Of a stretch of 58,577 bases of DNA, positions 1 through 12,800 are shown in pieces; the first letter of the stretch is position 1, and each line of letters opens with the position of its first letter. Source of the stretch: Malacoraja senta (lineage: Eukaryota); assembly GCA_038087875.1 (NCBI GenBank), contig JAXLNO010000614.1, positions 1 through 58,577 on the forward strand, given 5' to 3'. Both the position numbers and the translations under genes were made by a program. The notes under the pieces were generated by a model. It was not told where the DNA came from. It did no database searches and saw only the letters and a list, made by a program, of their open reading frames with translations.

Positions 1-335
1 AAAGTGTTTCATCGTCTCCGTTCTAAATGGCTTGCCCCTTATTCTTAAACTGTGGCCCCTGGTTCTGGAATCCCCCAACATCGGGAACATGTTTCCTGCC
101 TCTAGCGTGTCCAAGCCCTTAATAATCTTATCTGTTTCAATAAGATCCCCTCTCATCCTTCTAAACATCAGAGTATACAAGCCCAGCCTCTCCATTCTCT
201 CAGCATATGACAGTCCCGGTATCCTGGGAATTAACCTTGTAAACCTATGCTGCACTCCCTCAATAGCAAGAATATCCTGCACACAATACTCCAGATGTGG
301 TCTCACTAGGGCCCTATACAACTGCAGAAGGACCT
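1..335 (-). mobile_element. CR1 (HER1-type) LINE, 3' part of RT; segment 1 of a host copy split by two younger insertions
   Basis: Reverse complement of the CR1 RT C-terminal region also seen at 2800-3200. It breaks at ...GCAGAAGGACCT and resumes at 3411 with GACCTCTTTGCTCC. Confidence 0.9.
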
Positions 336-3300
336 GCAGTGGGGTGTCAAATGGGATAGTGGAGGATGGAGTTAAAGGGAAAGAGAGTAAAGGGATGGTT
401 AATGACCCCAGAATTAACAGGAAAGAAAGCTCACAAAGGGATAGGAGAGTATGGCCAAGTGTAATAGGGATCGATGTGAAACGTAAGATGCGTAAGGAAT
501 TAAAAGTATGGTATATGAATGCGCGAAGTATAAGAAGTAAAGTAGATGAGCTTGAGGCTCAGTTAGAGGTTGGTAGATATGACATTGTGGGGATTACTGA
601 GACGTGGCTGCAGGAGGATCGGGCCTGGGAACTTAATATTCAGGGTTATACATCCTATAGAAAGGACAGGCAGGTGGGCAGAGGAGGGGGGGGGGGGGGT
701 AGCTCTGCTTGTGAGGGATGGAATTCAGTCCCTTGCGAGGGAAGACAGGGACTGACGAGGTAGAGTCACTGTGGATTGAGTTGAGGAATTGTAAAGGCAA
801 GAAGACACTAATTGGTGTTAATTACAGACCCCCAAATAGTAGCCTGGATGTAGGGTGTAAGTTGCAGCAGGAGTTAATACTGGCATGTAACAAAGGTAAT
901 GCCAATGTGGTGATGGGGGATTTCAATATGCAGGTAGACTGGGAAAATCAGGTTGGTTCAGGAAGGACCCCAAGAAAGAGAGTTTGTAGAATGCCTCCGA
1001 GATGGATTCTTAGAGCAGCTTGTAATGGAGCCAACCAGAGAAAAGGCAATTCTGGATTTAGTGTTGTCCAATGAACCAGATATGATAAGAGAACTCGAGG
1101 TAAAGGAACCGCTTGGAGGTAGTGATCATAATATGATTAGTTTTAATCTGCAATTTGAGAAGGAGAACGTTAAATATTAAGTGGCAGTGATGCAGCTGAA
1201 CAAAGGGGACTATGAAGGCATGAGAGGGGAGCTGGCCAAAGTAGACTGGAAAGGGATCCTAGCAGGAATGACGGTGGAACAGCAATGGAAGGAATTTCTG
1301 GGCATAATCCGGGAGACGCAGGATCATTTCATTCCAAAAAGTAAGAAAGATTCTAAGGGGAGTAGGAGGCAACCGTGGCTGACAAGAGAAGTTAGTGATA
1401 GAATAAAACTAAAAGAAAAGATGTATAACACAGCAAAGAGTAGCCGGAAGCCAGAGGATTGGGAAACTTTCATAGGACAACAGAAGGAAACAAAACGGGC
1501 AATAGGGGCTGAAAAGATGAAGTACGAGGGGAAGCTGGCCAGGAATATAAAGAAGGACAGTAAAAGCTTCTTTAGATATGTTAAGGGGAAAAGAGTAGCA
1601 AAGTCAAATGTGGGTCCCTTGAAGGCAGACACGGGTGAAATTATTATGGGTAACAAGGAAATGGCAGAAGAGTTGAATAGGTACTTCGGATCCGTCTTCA
1701 CTCAGGAAGACACAAACAATCTCCCAGATGTACTGGAGGACAGAGGATCTAAGGGGGTAGAGGAACTGAAAGAAATTTTCATTAGGCGAGAAATAGTATT
1801 GGGTAGGCTAATGGGACTGAAGGATGATAAATCCCCTGGGCCTGATGGTCTGCATCCCAGGGTCCTCAGGGAGGTGGCTCTAGAAATAGTGGATGCATTG
1901 GTGATCATTTTCCAATGTTCAATACATTCAGGATCAGTTCCTGTGGATTGGAGGATAGCTAATGTTATCCCACTTTTCAAGAACGGAGCGAGAGAGAAAA
2001 CGGGGAATTACAGACCAGTTAGCCTGACTTCTGTGGTGGGAAAGATGCTGGAGTCAATTATTAAAGAGGTAATAATGGGGCATTTGGATAGCAGTAAAAG
2101 GATTAGCCCAAGTCAACATGGATTTATGAAAGGGAGATCATGCTTGAGTAATCTTCTGGAATTTTTTGAGGATGTGACAAGTAAAATGGATGAAGGGGTG
2201 CCAGTGGATGTAGTGTATCTAGACTTTCAGAAAGCCTTTGATAAGGTCCCGCACGGGAGACTGGCGACTAAAATTAGAGCACATGGTATTGGGGGTAGGG
2301 TGTTGACATGGATAGAAAATTGGTTGGCAGACCGGAAGCAAAGAGTAGGAGTGTACGGGTCCTTTTCAGAATGGCAGGCAGTGGCGAGTGGAGTGCCGCA
2401 AGGCTCGGTGTTGGGGCCGCAACTGATTACCATATATATTAATGATTTGGAAGAGGGAATTGGGAGCAACACTAGCAGGTTTGCGGATGATACAAAGCTG
2501 GGTGGCAGTGTGAACTGTGAAGAGGATGTTAGGAGGTTGCAGGGTGACCTGGACAGGTTGAGTGAGTGGGCAGATGCGTGGCAGATGCAGTATAATATAG
2601 ATAAATGTGAGGTTATCCACTTTGGCGGCAAAAACAAGGGGGCAGATTATTATCCCAATGGGGTTAGGTTAGGTAAGGGGGAGGTGCAGCGAGACCTGGG
2701 CGTCCTTGTACACCAGTCACTGAAAGTTGGCTTACAGGTACAGCAGGCAGTGAAGAAACCTAATGGAATGTTGGCCTTCATAACAAGAGGATTTCAGTAT
2801 AGGAGTAATGAGGTTCTTCTGCAGTCGTATAGGGCTCTGGTGAGACCACATCTTGAGTATTGTGTACAGTTTTGGTCTCCTAATTTGAGGAAGGACATCT
2901 TTGTGATTGAGGCAGTGCAGCGTAGGTTCACTAGATTGATCCCTGGGATGGCGGGACTGTCATATGAGGAAAGATTGAAAAGACTAGGCTTGTATTCACT
3001 GGAGTTTAGAAGGACGAAGGGGAATCTTATAGAAACATATAAAATTATAAAAGGACTGGACAAGCTAGATGCAGGAAAAATGTTCCCAATGTTGGGCGAG
3101 TCCAGAACCAGGGGCCACAGTCTTAGAATAAAGGGGAGGTCATTTAAGACTGAGGTGAGAAAAAACGTTTTCAGCCAGAGAGTTGTGAATTTATGGAATT
3201 CCCTACCACAGAGGGCAGTGGAGGCCAAATCACTGGATGGATTTAAGAGAGAGTTAGATAGAGCTCTAGGGGCTAGTGGAGTCAAGGGATATTGGGAGAA

Positions 3301-3410
3301 GGCAGGCATGGGTTATTAATAGGGGATGATCAGCCATGATCACAATGAATGGCGGTGCTGGCTCGAAGGGCCGAATGGCCTCCTCCTGCAACTATTTTCT
3401 ATGTTTCTAC
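336..3410 (+). mobile_element. CR1/HER1-type LINE with complete but disabled ORF2 (APE endonuclease + RT) and 3' UTR; 5-bp TSD GACCT
   Basis: APE motifs MNARSI, GITETW, NYRPP, GDFN, LDLVL, GSDH lie across frameshifted ORFs 497-1180. RT is at 1181-3319. The 3' UTR has the GGGCCGAATGGCC hairpin and a TTTCTATG tail. GACCT occurs at 331-335 and 3411-3415. Confidence 0.95.
1181..3319 (+). pseudogene. CR1 ORF2 reverse transcriptase portion (712 aa open; upstream endonuclease disrupted by three frameshifts and a stop)
   Basis: Motifs KSPGPDG, NYRPVSLTS, QHGF, YLDFQKAFDKV, GVPQGSVLGP, FADDTKL, LVRPHLEYCVQFWSP, WNSLP. Confidence 0.92.
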
Positions 3411-4367
3411 GACCTCTTTGCTCCTATACTCAACTCCTCTTGTTGTGAAGTTCAACATGCCATTCGTTTTCTTCACTGCCTGCTGTACCTGCATGGTTAC
3501 TTTCATTGACTGATGGACAAGGACCCCCCAGATCCTGTTGTACTTCCCCTTTTCCCAACATGACACCATTTATATAATAATCAACCTTCCTGTTTTTTGC
3601 CACCAAAGTGGATAATGGCACATTTATCCACATTAAACTGCACCTGTCATGCATCTGCCCACTCACCCAAACTGTCCAAGTCACCCTGCAAAGCATCCTC
3701 CTCACAGTTCACACTGCCACCCAGCTTTGTGTCATCTGCAAATTTGCTAATGTTACTTTGATTCCCTTCATCTAAATCATTGGTGTATATTGTAAATAGC
3801 TGCACAGAGCCTTGCAGTACCCAACTAGTCACTGCCTGCCATTCTGAAAGGGACCTGTTAATCCCTACTCTTTGTTACCTGTCTGCCAACCAATTTTCTA
3901 TCCATTTAGCACTCTAGCCCCAATACCATGTGCCCTAATTTTGCCCACTAATCTCCTATGCGCACCTTATCAAATGTTTTCTGAATGTCCAGGTACACTA
4001 CATCCACTGGCTCTCCCTTGTCCATTTTCCTAGTTACATCCTCAAAAAATTCCAGAAGATTAGTCAAGGATGATTTCCCCTTCGTAAATCCATGCTAACT
4101 TGTACCGATCCAGTTACTGCTATCCAAATGTGCTGCTATTTCATCTTTTATAATTGTCTCCAGCATCTTCCCCACCACCGATGTCAGGCTAACTGGTGTA
4201 TAATTCCCTGTTTTCACTCCCGCCTTTTTCAAAAAGCAGGATAACATTAGCTACCCTCCAATCCACAGGAACTGTTCCTGAATCTATCAAACATGCATCC
4301 CGATTTATATAGCCACTTTCTTAAGTACCCTGGGATGCAGACCATCAGGCCCTGGGGATTTATCAGC
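3411..4367 (-). mobile_element. CR1 LINE host copy, segment 2 (decayed RT core)
   Basis: Minus-strand KFADDTKLGGSVNCEED (ORF 3647-3832); continuous with 1-335. Confidence 0.9.
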
Positions 4368-4898
4368 AAAATTTAAGGAATGACATTCTTGCTATTGAGG
4401 GAGTGCAGTGTAGGTTTACAAGCTTAATTCCCGGGATGGCGGGACTGTCATATGCTGAGAGAATGGAGCAGCTGGGCTTGTACACTCTGGAGTTTAGAAG
4501 GATAAGAGGGTATCTCATTGAAACATATAAGATTGTTAAGGGGTTGGACACACTAGAGGCAGGAAACATTTTCCCGATGTTGGGGAAGTCCAGAACCAGG
4601 GGCCACAGTTTAAGAATAAGGAGTAAGCCATTTGGAACGGGGACGAGGAAACACTTTTTCTCAGAGAGAGTGGTGAGTCTGTGGAATTCTCTGCCTCAGA
4701 GGGCGGTGGACGCAGGTTCTCTGGATGCTTTCAAGAGAGAGCTAGATAGGGCTCTTAAAAATAGCGGAGTCAGGGGATATGGGGAGAAGGCAGGAACGGG
4801 GGGTACTGATTGGGGATGATCAGCCATGATCACATTGAATGGCAGTGCTGGATTGAAGGGCCAAATGGCCTACTCCTGCACCTATTGTCTATTGTCTA
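4368..4898 (+). mobile_element. 5'-truncated CR1 LINE 3' end with (ATTGTCT)n tail
   Basis: ORF 4403-4819 is the CR1 C-terminus (LGLYTLEFRR, RTRGHSL, WNSLPQ). The 3' UTR and tail follow. It interrupts the host at TATCAGC|TTCAGTCCC. Confidence 0.9.
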
Positions 4899-5042
4899 TT
4901 CAGTCCCATCAGTCAACCCAACACTATTTCCTGCCTAATGTGGATTTCCTTCAGTTCCTCCGTCACCCCAGATCCTCTGGCCACTAGTACATCAGGAAGA
5001 TTGTTTGTGTCCTCCTCAGTGAAGACGGATCCAAAGTACCTG
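4899..5042 (-). mobile_element. CR1 LINE host copy, segment 3 (5' truncation point)
   Basis: Reverse complement of the region matching 1680-1820 (YFGSVFT...). Confidence 0.85.
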
Positions 5043-5049
5043 ACATTGC

Positions 5050-5250
5050 TCCTCTGAGGGTTGAGAATCTTTTGAGTTCTTTACCCTCCGGAGCTGTGGG
5101 TGGAGAACCATTCAGTATATTCAAGGGTTAGCCAGCTAGAATTTTACACTGTGGGGAAATTGAGGTTTATGGGGATTAGGTAAATATTTAGATCAAAGAT
5201 GAAATCAGCCATGATCACGTGATAGAATGAATAAGGCTCAAGAGCTGATT
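5050..5250 (+). mobile_element. Very old, degenerate CR1 3' end
   Basis: Diverged ...GAATCTTTTGAGTTCTTTACC... and ATCAGCCATGATC 3' UTR motif. Confidence 0.55.
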
Positions 5251-5732
5251 TTATGTAATATAAGTTTCCAATTATCCAATTCTACAACTTGCAATTCTAA
5301 TGACATGTAACAATATGTTTTGAAGGTGTACATTAAAAGGAACAAGTCAGTGCTTCATTGCCCATAGGTCCATTTATCTTAAAGACAATTAAAATAATTT
5401 TACTTATATCTGAAAATCACTGAAATCATCAAATCATTTCCAGCAGAAAATAAAAAAATGGTAAACTTTTAAAAACTATATTTTTCACCATGAAGTTCCG
5501 TTTTTAATGCTTATCACACCTCTGGTCGTCTTGCTGAATAACTCTAAACTTGCTTGCTATTATAACTCTAAATCAGCTTGCTATTTTGTTAATCAAATAT
5601 GTCCAGGAGGCAAACATAGAGAATCATTACTCTTGTATCATGCCGAAGCGCTTCTGTTTCTTATGGCATCAAGCATCTAATTGGCCAGTTAGATGAGTGG
5701 ATGATGTTGCTTTGTGTGTAATGTGTCTGTAG

Positions 5733-5877
5733 ACAAGTGAATCTGAATCTGCAGAGGAACTGCACAGCCGCCTGATGAAGTGGCGAGAAATGGTTTATAA
5801 GCCAACACCGAGCCATGACAACGATGAGAGGACTGTCATGGAATTAAGGATGAAGCAACTTGAGGAAGAAAGAGAAG
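5733..5877 (+). pseudogene. GOLGB1: Giantin/golgin B1-like exon (TSESESAEELHSRLMKWREMV...MELRMKQLEEERE)
   Basis: TGTCTGTAG acceptor, G|GTAAAT donor, open 145-bp frame. Matches the recalled fish GOLGB1 segment WxDMV...MELRLxxMEEERE. Confidence 0.7.
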
Positions 5878-8329
5878 GTAAATTGCGGTGCTCTCTGGTT
5901 CTCACTTGGAACGAATCATACAGTTTACTTTGTTTTAATTTAAAATATTTAAGAAGTGAATGACTTGATTAGTGATCTTGATGACTTGAAAGACGAGTGC
6001 ACCTCTACTTAGGGATCTGTTTGTTGTCCATATTTCAGTCGAGACAAAGGCTACTGTAGATTTTTTAAAGCTGGAATTCTAACGTTTTTACTTTCAGCAT
6101 CAAAATCCATGCTGACAATAGTTTTGTCCAGCTGTTTAGCATGGGCAAGTTAATTGGCTTGGGTTGGTATACTTAGTATGAGTGTAAATTGTCCCTAGTG
6201 TGTGTAAGTTGACTATTAGAAAGTCAAGTGGCTACAATATTAGAATGTGAAAAATGTTGAAATACTTACTGTACATTCTTTGAAAGTCCTCGAGAATTTG
6301 AATCAAAACAGTTAATTTATAACTACCTTCCTACTTTTGTCTGAAAAATTAATAGTCTGATAGAAAGTTAGCTTGTTTGCTTTTCTGCATATCTTTAATT
6401 TCTGATGTTTCTTTGTGTTTGAATTTGATATGTTATTTAAAATATTGTGACTAGCAGCATTTCTGAAAAAGAGTTGAAAGCATTTTTGTTCTGTAATATG
6501 CAGATCTGATGTGTAGTTCCCTTTAAAATTGAGCATGACTTTATTAGTATTTCACTTCCTCTACCATGTTCATGATGAGCACTCAGCGATTCCATCCACT
6601 TCCCCCTACACTGCTTTTGCAACTGTGATTTGGCCAGCCATTACGAGTACAGTTTCCCATCAGTTTTGTGCATGCAGGTCTCTGTCACCATGTACTGTGC
6701 GGATTATTTCTAAGCTTTTGAATTTGTACCAGGATATAATCAGCAGTGCACTGCACTGGCTAAATTATGCTGTGACTTAATTGATATTCACCGAACATAC
6801 CCTGCTCAGAAGTGTCGATGCGCAATTCCTGTGGAATATGATTTGCCATTGATCATTCCTACCTTCCTATGCAACCTTTACCATTGCACAATAGTGAATG
6901 TTTGGCCTACTTTGCATGAGGCCATAAATTATTGTGTTTAAATGATCTTTGTTGCTTTGCATGTTGAGTCAAATTTCATTTGAATATAACATCCTTTGCA
7001 AATCACAAAACTCCAAATCACAAAACAGATGGGAAAATTATTTTTGCCACAATCATTTCACTTTTAATATTTGCTAATGAGTTAGTTGGCAAATGCATTA
7101 GCATATAGTTTACATCCCACCCTCCCCAGAACTGATATTCGGTTTATTTTTACGCCCAAGTATTCCTGTCCCTCGTTGAAGTAAAAAATTATCTTGCTAT
7201 TGACAAGCTAATAATTGCTGTGTGTCTTGCCTGTTTGTGTCTATAAGCCAGTGACATTTCTTCCGAGTGGTTTCCCCAAGGTAGATTAATTGTAGAGACA
7301 GAATATTTATGAAGATATTTGTGCTGATTTTGAGGTTGTTGTAATGTTTAAATGTTTTTGGTTATTATATTATGAACGTTGGAACTTTATATTTTGGACT
7401 TGACTTTGGAAATCATGAAGTTTTCCCATGGTTTTGAATACTGATACAAACTATGCTGCTTTGCAGCCTTCTCCACAACAATCCAGGGAAATCTACTTGA
7501 ATGGATGAAATTTCCTGGATTTGCAAACTGGTTACATCTGCTATCCATAATCTGATGGCCCCTAAAATTAAAGATTTGGATGATTTCTTGCATAAATATT
7601 TCATAATACAATCCACTTTAAAATAATTTTAATTAAAATATTTCTGTATTTCATTGGGCATCTTAATTTAGATCTGATACTTATTTTGTTCTAATTAAAA
7701 TATGTAAATGCTGATTAAACATATCGCACAATGCGAGGCTAATTCGACCAACGAGAGTGTTGTCCGATCGTAAGCAGCAAGGGAGTTGAATGTGTTCTTT
7801 GGTGTTTGGAGGAATTAGGGGTGACCTTATTCAAAATTCTAAACATCTCAATGGAGCATGACCGTGAAGATGTTGACATGTTTCCATTTGTGCGTGAGTC
7901 TTGAACATGTGGATAGACACAAAATACTGGAGTAACTCAGCGGGTCAGAGCAGCATCTCGGGAGAAAAGGAATAGAGGATGTTTTGGGTTGGAACCCTAG
8001 ATACAAGATAAAGGGACACTGAGATGTGTAGGAATTTCCCATTGTGAAGGGTGGTGAATCTCTGGAATTCTGTACCCTGAAAATTTGTTTAGGCTGAATT
8101 TTCTCCCCTTGTTCCATCCATTTGTTCAGAACAAATGTTGCTTGTTAGCTGCTACAAGCTTTCTTTTATTTGTGAATCGCTTTAGTCCTTGGTTCTTTTA
8201 CACCCTTAAGCCTCTCATGGCTGCTTATAATTACTTACAGCAATGCTGAATTGTTTCCGTAATTAGTTTATGATGACAACAGATGGTTCAAAATATTTTG
8301 CCTAGTATGATGATGTAATTAGAATCTGA

Positions 8330-9490
8330 GTTGTGCAGCACAGGAATGGGCCTTTCATCTCACCATGTCCATGCTGATTTTTGTTTCCCATCTACACTTA
8401 TCTCATTTGCCTGCTTTATAAATGTCTCCTTCTATGCTTTGCCTATTACGTGTTTGTCTATAATTACTTTAAAATGTTGTAATTGCATTTGATTCTGCCT
8501 CCTTTGGCAGCGAGTTCCAGATATAAAGCCCTCTCGGGGGAGAGAAATAAACTTTCCCTCAGATCGCCTTTACAACTCCCTCTTCTCACCTTAAACCTAT
8601 GTTCTCTTGTTTTGTAACTCTACCATGGAAAAAAGATTTTGGCTCTCTACCCTGCCTCACATAATCTTACATACTTCTATCAGGACCCACCTTAACTTTC
8701 TCACTCCAGGGAAAAAGAGTCCCATCTATCCAGTTTCACCCCATAACTAAAGTTCTCCAATCCAGGCAACATCCTTGTGAATTTTCTCTCCATTTTCTCC
8801 AAATCTATCGCTGATCAGACTGTAGAAGGGGCCCAACCTGAAACATCACCTTTCTATGTTACCGGAGATGCTGCGTTACTCCAGCACTTTGTGTCTGTTT
8901 TTGTAAACCAGCCTCTGCAGTTCATACATAGTGCGCTGACAGGAACTGCACACAATCCTTCAAGTGTTGCCTAACTCGTGTTTTGTAAAGTTGCAATAAA
9001 ACATCCCAACTCTTATATTCTATACCCACAGCTACGACGGCAAACATGCCATATGCTTTCTTCACCAGTCTGTTGCCCTGCTACATTTTGAGAACTTTGG
9101 ATTTGGACCTCTAAGTCTATTCATCAACATTCATCAGTGCCCTGACCTAAGTCCTACAACCATTTTTACTTCCCAAATTCTATCTGCCTGTGCTCCGCCC
9201 AAATTTCCATCTCATCTATATCCTGCTGTAACCTTGGACAAACCTCCTCGCTCTCCATAAACCACCAATTTTCATGTCATCTGCAAGCTTACATCCTACA
9301 TTGTGATCCAAGCTGTTATTACCAAACAACAGAAATCTCAGCTGTGATCCCTGTGGTATCACAATAATCACAGATTTCCCATCAGAAAAACATCCTTCCA
9401 TCACTGCCTCCTATTTAGATCCAACTGGCTAGCCCACCTTGCATTGCATGTGCCCAAATCTTCTGCACTCGCCTACCATGTGGGACCTGA
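8330..9490 (-). mobile_element. Old, heavily decayed CR1-superfamily LINE (RT to 3' end), containing a small Penelope-derived repeat near 8815-8925
   Basis: Minus-strand remnants IPQGS...KLADDMKIGG (ORF 9216-9404) and CR1-type 3' UTR near 8330-8400. Confidence 0.65.
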
Positions 9491-9854
9491 TGAAATGAAT
9501 GCCCTAGTGATGTACTAAAATGATTAGTAGAATCCAGTTAAAGCTATCGCTCATTTTCCAAAATTATTATAAACCCCAACTAAAATATACTTTAATTGAA
9601 TTCTTTAGTTAATTCAGTAATCTAATCATTTTATAACATTTAGCTCTGCATTAAACATGCAGTTAAATTTCCAATTACATACTTTAGAGTGAGTTTTTAT
9701 GAATACGCAAGTTTCACTGAAAGACTAGGAGGTTTATTTAACTCAGGCAAGTGGGGTAAATATAGATGGCATGATAGTCGGCACAGACATATTGGATGGA
9801 AAAGGGCATGTTTCTGTGTTGTACAACTCTTTGGACTATTTAGTAGTGAAAGGG

Positions 9855-12800
9855 AATAGTAAGATTAAACGAGAACTTACCTAAGTTTGAAGTTTGATCT
9901 TTATTTTATGAGGAGTTACGTAGGTGATTACGTGAAGAAGCCCGTCAGTGCGCCTGCGCGTCAATCTTCAAAGCAGCGGTGTGAAATCACAAAAAACAAG
10001 AACCGAAGTAATATAGTCTCATACTAAAACGAGTAATACAAGAACTTCCATCTGACCTTTATGATAGAGGGTAGGGTCGTGGCGGGCACGTAATCACCTA
10101 CGTAACTCCTCATAAAATAAAGATCAAACTTCAAACTTAGGTAAGTTCTCGTTTAATCTTACTATTTTACTTCGGAGTCACGTGAGTGACTACGTGAAGA
10201 TTTTAAAGCTTTGTGATTTCATGCCGTGGATCAATCCCGGCTTCTCACTGCATAGATTGACTCGGAACGAGAATAATCAATCATGCATTCATAATAACAT
10301 TTGTACCACAAATGCAGTAATTCATTTCAAGAATGAAATGAATCAGATCCCCTTTAAACCAGAGGAATTTACACAGAACTTAAAATAGTTTCTGCAAACA
10401 ACCCCGCATTAACAATAGGCCGATGGTAAAAATGTTGAAACATCAACTCATTGGACCACCCGGCGGCTGCGAGGATATGGTCGACGGGGCCGTCTTTTGC
10501 CCTGGCCGCCGACATTTCTGCTGCCCTAGCCGAGTGAGACGTAAAAACATAAGTGTTAATACCAGCAGCTGTTAAGACTTCTTTTATCCATCTGGAAATA
10601 GTCTGTATTGAAACTCTCTTGTGTGGTTTCTTGTGTGTGATCAAAAACCCAGTTTCCGTATTCTCAAATTCTTTGTGACCTCAATGTATTGTAATAAATA
10701 TGTCTTAATACAGAGTCATGGATCATTTGGATATGCTGCCAGCATAATTTTAAATCCTGTCACACCTGGCCTAATTTGCTTTAGCAGGTCATAGATATAG
10801 AATGTAACCTTGTCTTCAGTTACTTCCATACTGTCTATTTGTAATTTTCCAAGTGTTTGCACTCGTTGTGCTGTCACTCATGCCATAAACATGAATACTT
10901 TCATACTGAGCTTGACCAAAGGTAAAGACACACTTGATGACCATCACGAAGTAGTTTCAGTACCACACTTACATCCCCGATTGTCACGTACATAGGTTTC
11001 GGTGGTTTGGAATTAAAGATTCCTTTCATTAGTCTGGAAACAATTGGGTGTGACCCAATTGAGTTTCTTTCTGAATCCAGAACCAAATATGAGGACAATG
11101 CACTTCTGGCTGAATTACTTGCACTACAACTCAGACCTTCATCATAATAAAGTTTTGACAGAAATTCTAAATATTTGAAATATCTGCAGTACTTTATTGC
11201 ACATTCTTTTGTACCCAGAACTCTTCCCATTTCTTAATATAAGAAAGGTACTGTTTTTGAGTGCTCTTCCTCCAGGCTGTCGTAAGCATGTCCACAGTAT
11301 GCTCAGACAGTCCTCGTCCCAGAAAAGGCATTCTTAAAACCTGCAAATCAACAAATCCAAACGATCATATAATGGATGTTGTTCCCCTGTACAGGGTGCA
11401 GCAATAAATTACTCTTTTTTGGGACTTTCATCAACATTTGTGTTGTTAATTCTAATATCAACGGATACCATGGCTGCGTAGGCCAATCTGGTACTACCAA
11501 TACCCTTGAAGCAGCATCTTGCCTGATTTTAAGCAAACATTGGCTTATGAGGCAGAAAGGTGGAAATATATATGAAAACATACCACCCCAATGTAGCGAG
11601 AAAGCATCAATCGCCACTGCTCCTGGATCTGGTTTCCATGATACATATCTCGATAGCTGATGATTCAAGTCGATGTCGGTCATTCCAAATCTGATGACTA
11701 TATCATTGAATACCTCTTGATTCAACATCCATTCTTTATTATCATGGAACTTTTCGTGACTTGGTGTCTGCTATCGTTCATTCTACCTGGTAGATAGATA
11801 GCTGAAATCCAAATGTTCTTTTCAATACACCAAGCCCAAAGTTGATTAACCATTTTGTCACAAGACACCGACTTAATTCCATATCATTAATATAAACAAC
11901 TACTGTTGTGTTATCAATTTGAACTTGAACATGCTTATTAGTTGTGTTAGAACAATAAGCTTGGAGCCCATAGAAACATCCTAGAAGCTCCAAATAGTTA
12001 ATTCCCCATGTCTGCAGTAACAATGGCTCTTCCTGATTCCATCTGCCTCCTCAGCTAGATGTTAAGTCAGTTGCACCCCATCCTGGTGCACTGGCATCAG
12101 TTTGTAATATCATGGAAGGTTGTTCAATCAGCACTTTGCTGGAACTGCTTGAGACATGTAGAATCCACCACTGCAGACCAGAAACAGCATTTGTTGTTAG
12201 TTGCATGGTTCTATCAAAATGACCAACATGCATTCTCGGTGCCTGTTCTTTAAGTCTCTGCAGCTGTTGATAATGTAATGGTCCAAATTGGACTGCTGGG
12301 AATGCTGCTACTAATTTTCCCAGTACACGAGCCACCTGTCTAATTGAAGGTTTTTGCTCGTTTAGGAGATTACTGCAATCTTTAATCAAATCCACCCTTT
12401 TCCCTGGGCAAAGTGATATTCATTTGGACTGAATCAATTGTGAACCCCAAATAATTAATAGAGGTACATGGTGTTAACCTAGATTTCTGTGGATGAATTA
12501 GAAACCCCAACTTTTCAAAAGTTGATTTCACAACTGCAACAGATACTTCTGTTGACTGTTTTGTCTTTCCTATAATCAAGACATCATCCAAATATGCCAT
12601 TAGTACATGCCCCTGGCTACTCAGCAAGCCCAGAATTGGTTTTAACAATTTTTGTGAATATTCTGAGTGCAGATATTAACCCATTAGGCAGAGCTTTGAA
12701 CTGCCACAACTGGTTCATCCATTTAAATTTAAGATACTTCCTATCTTCTGAATGAACAGACACTGAATAATATGCATCTTTCAAGTCTATAGTTGCCATA

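Noticed and set aside
32..763. 243-aa ORF as a novel fusion protein
   Set aside because: Chance read-through from antisense CR1 into the next CR1's endonuclease start.
11348..11728. Stand-alone DNA adenine methyltransferase gene
   Set aside because: It is the known MT-like domain of DIRS1 pol, and here it lacks the DLFAS motif.
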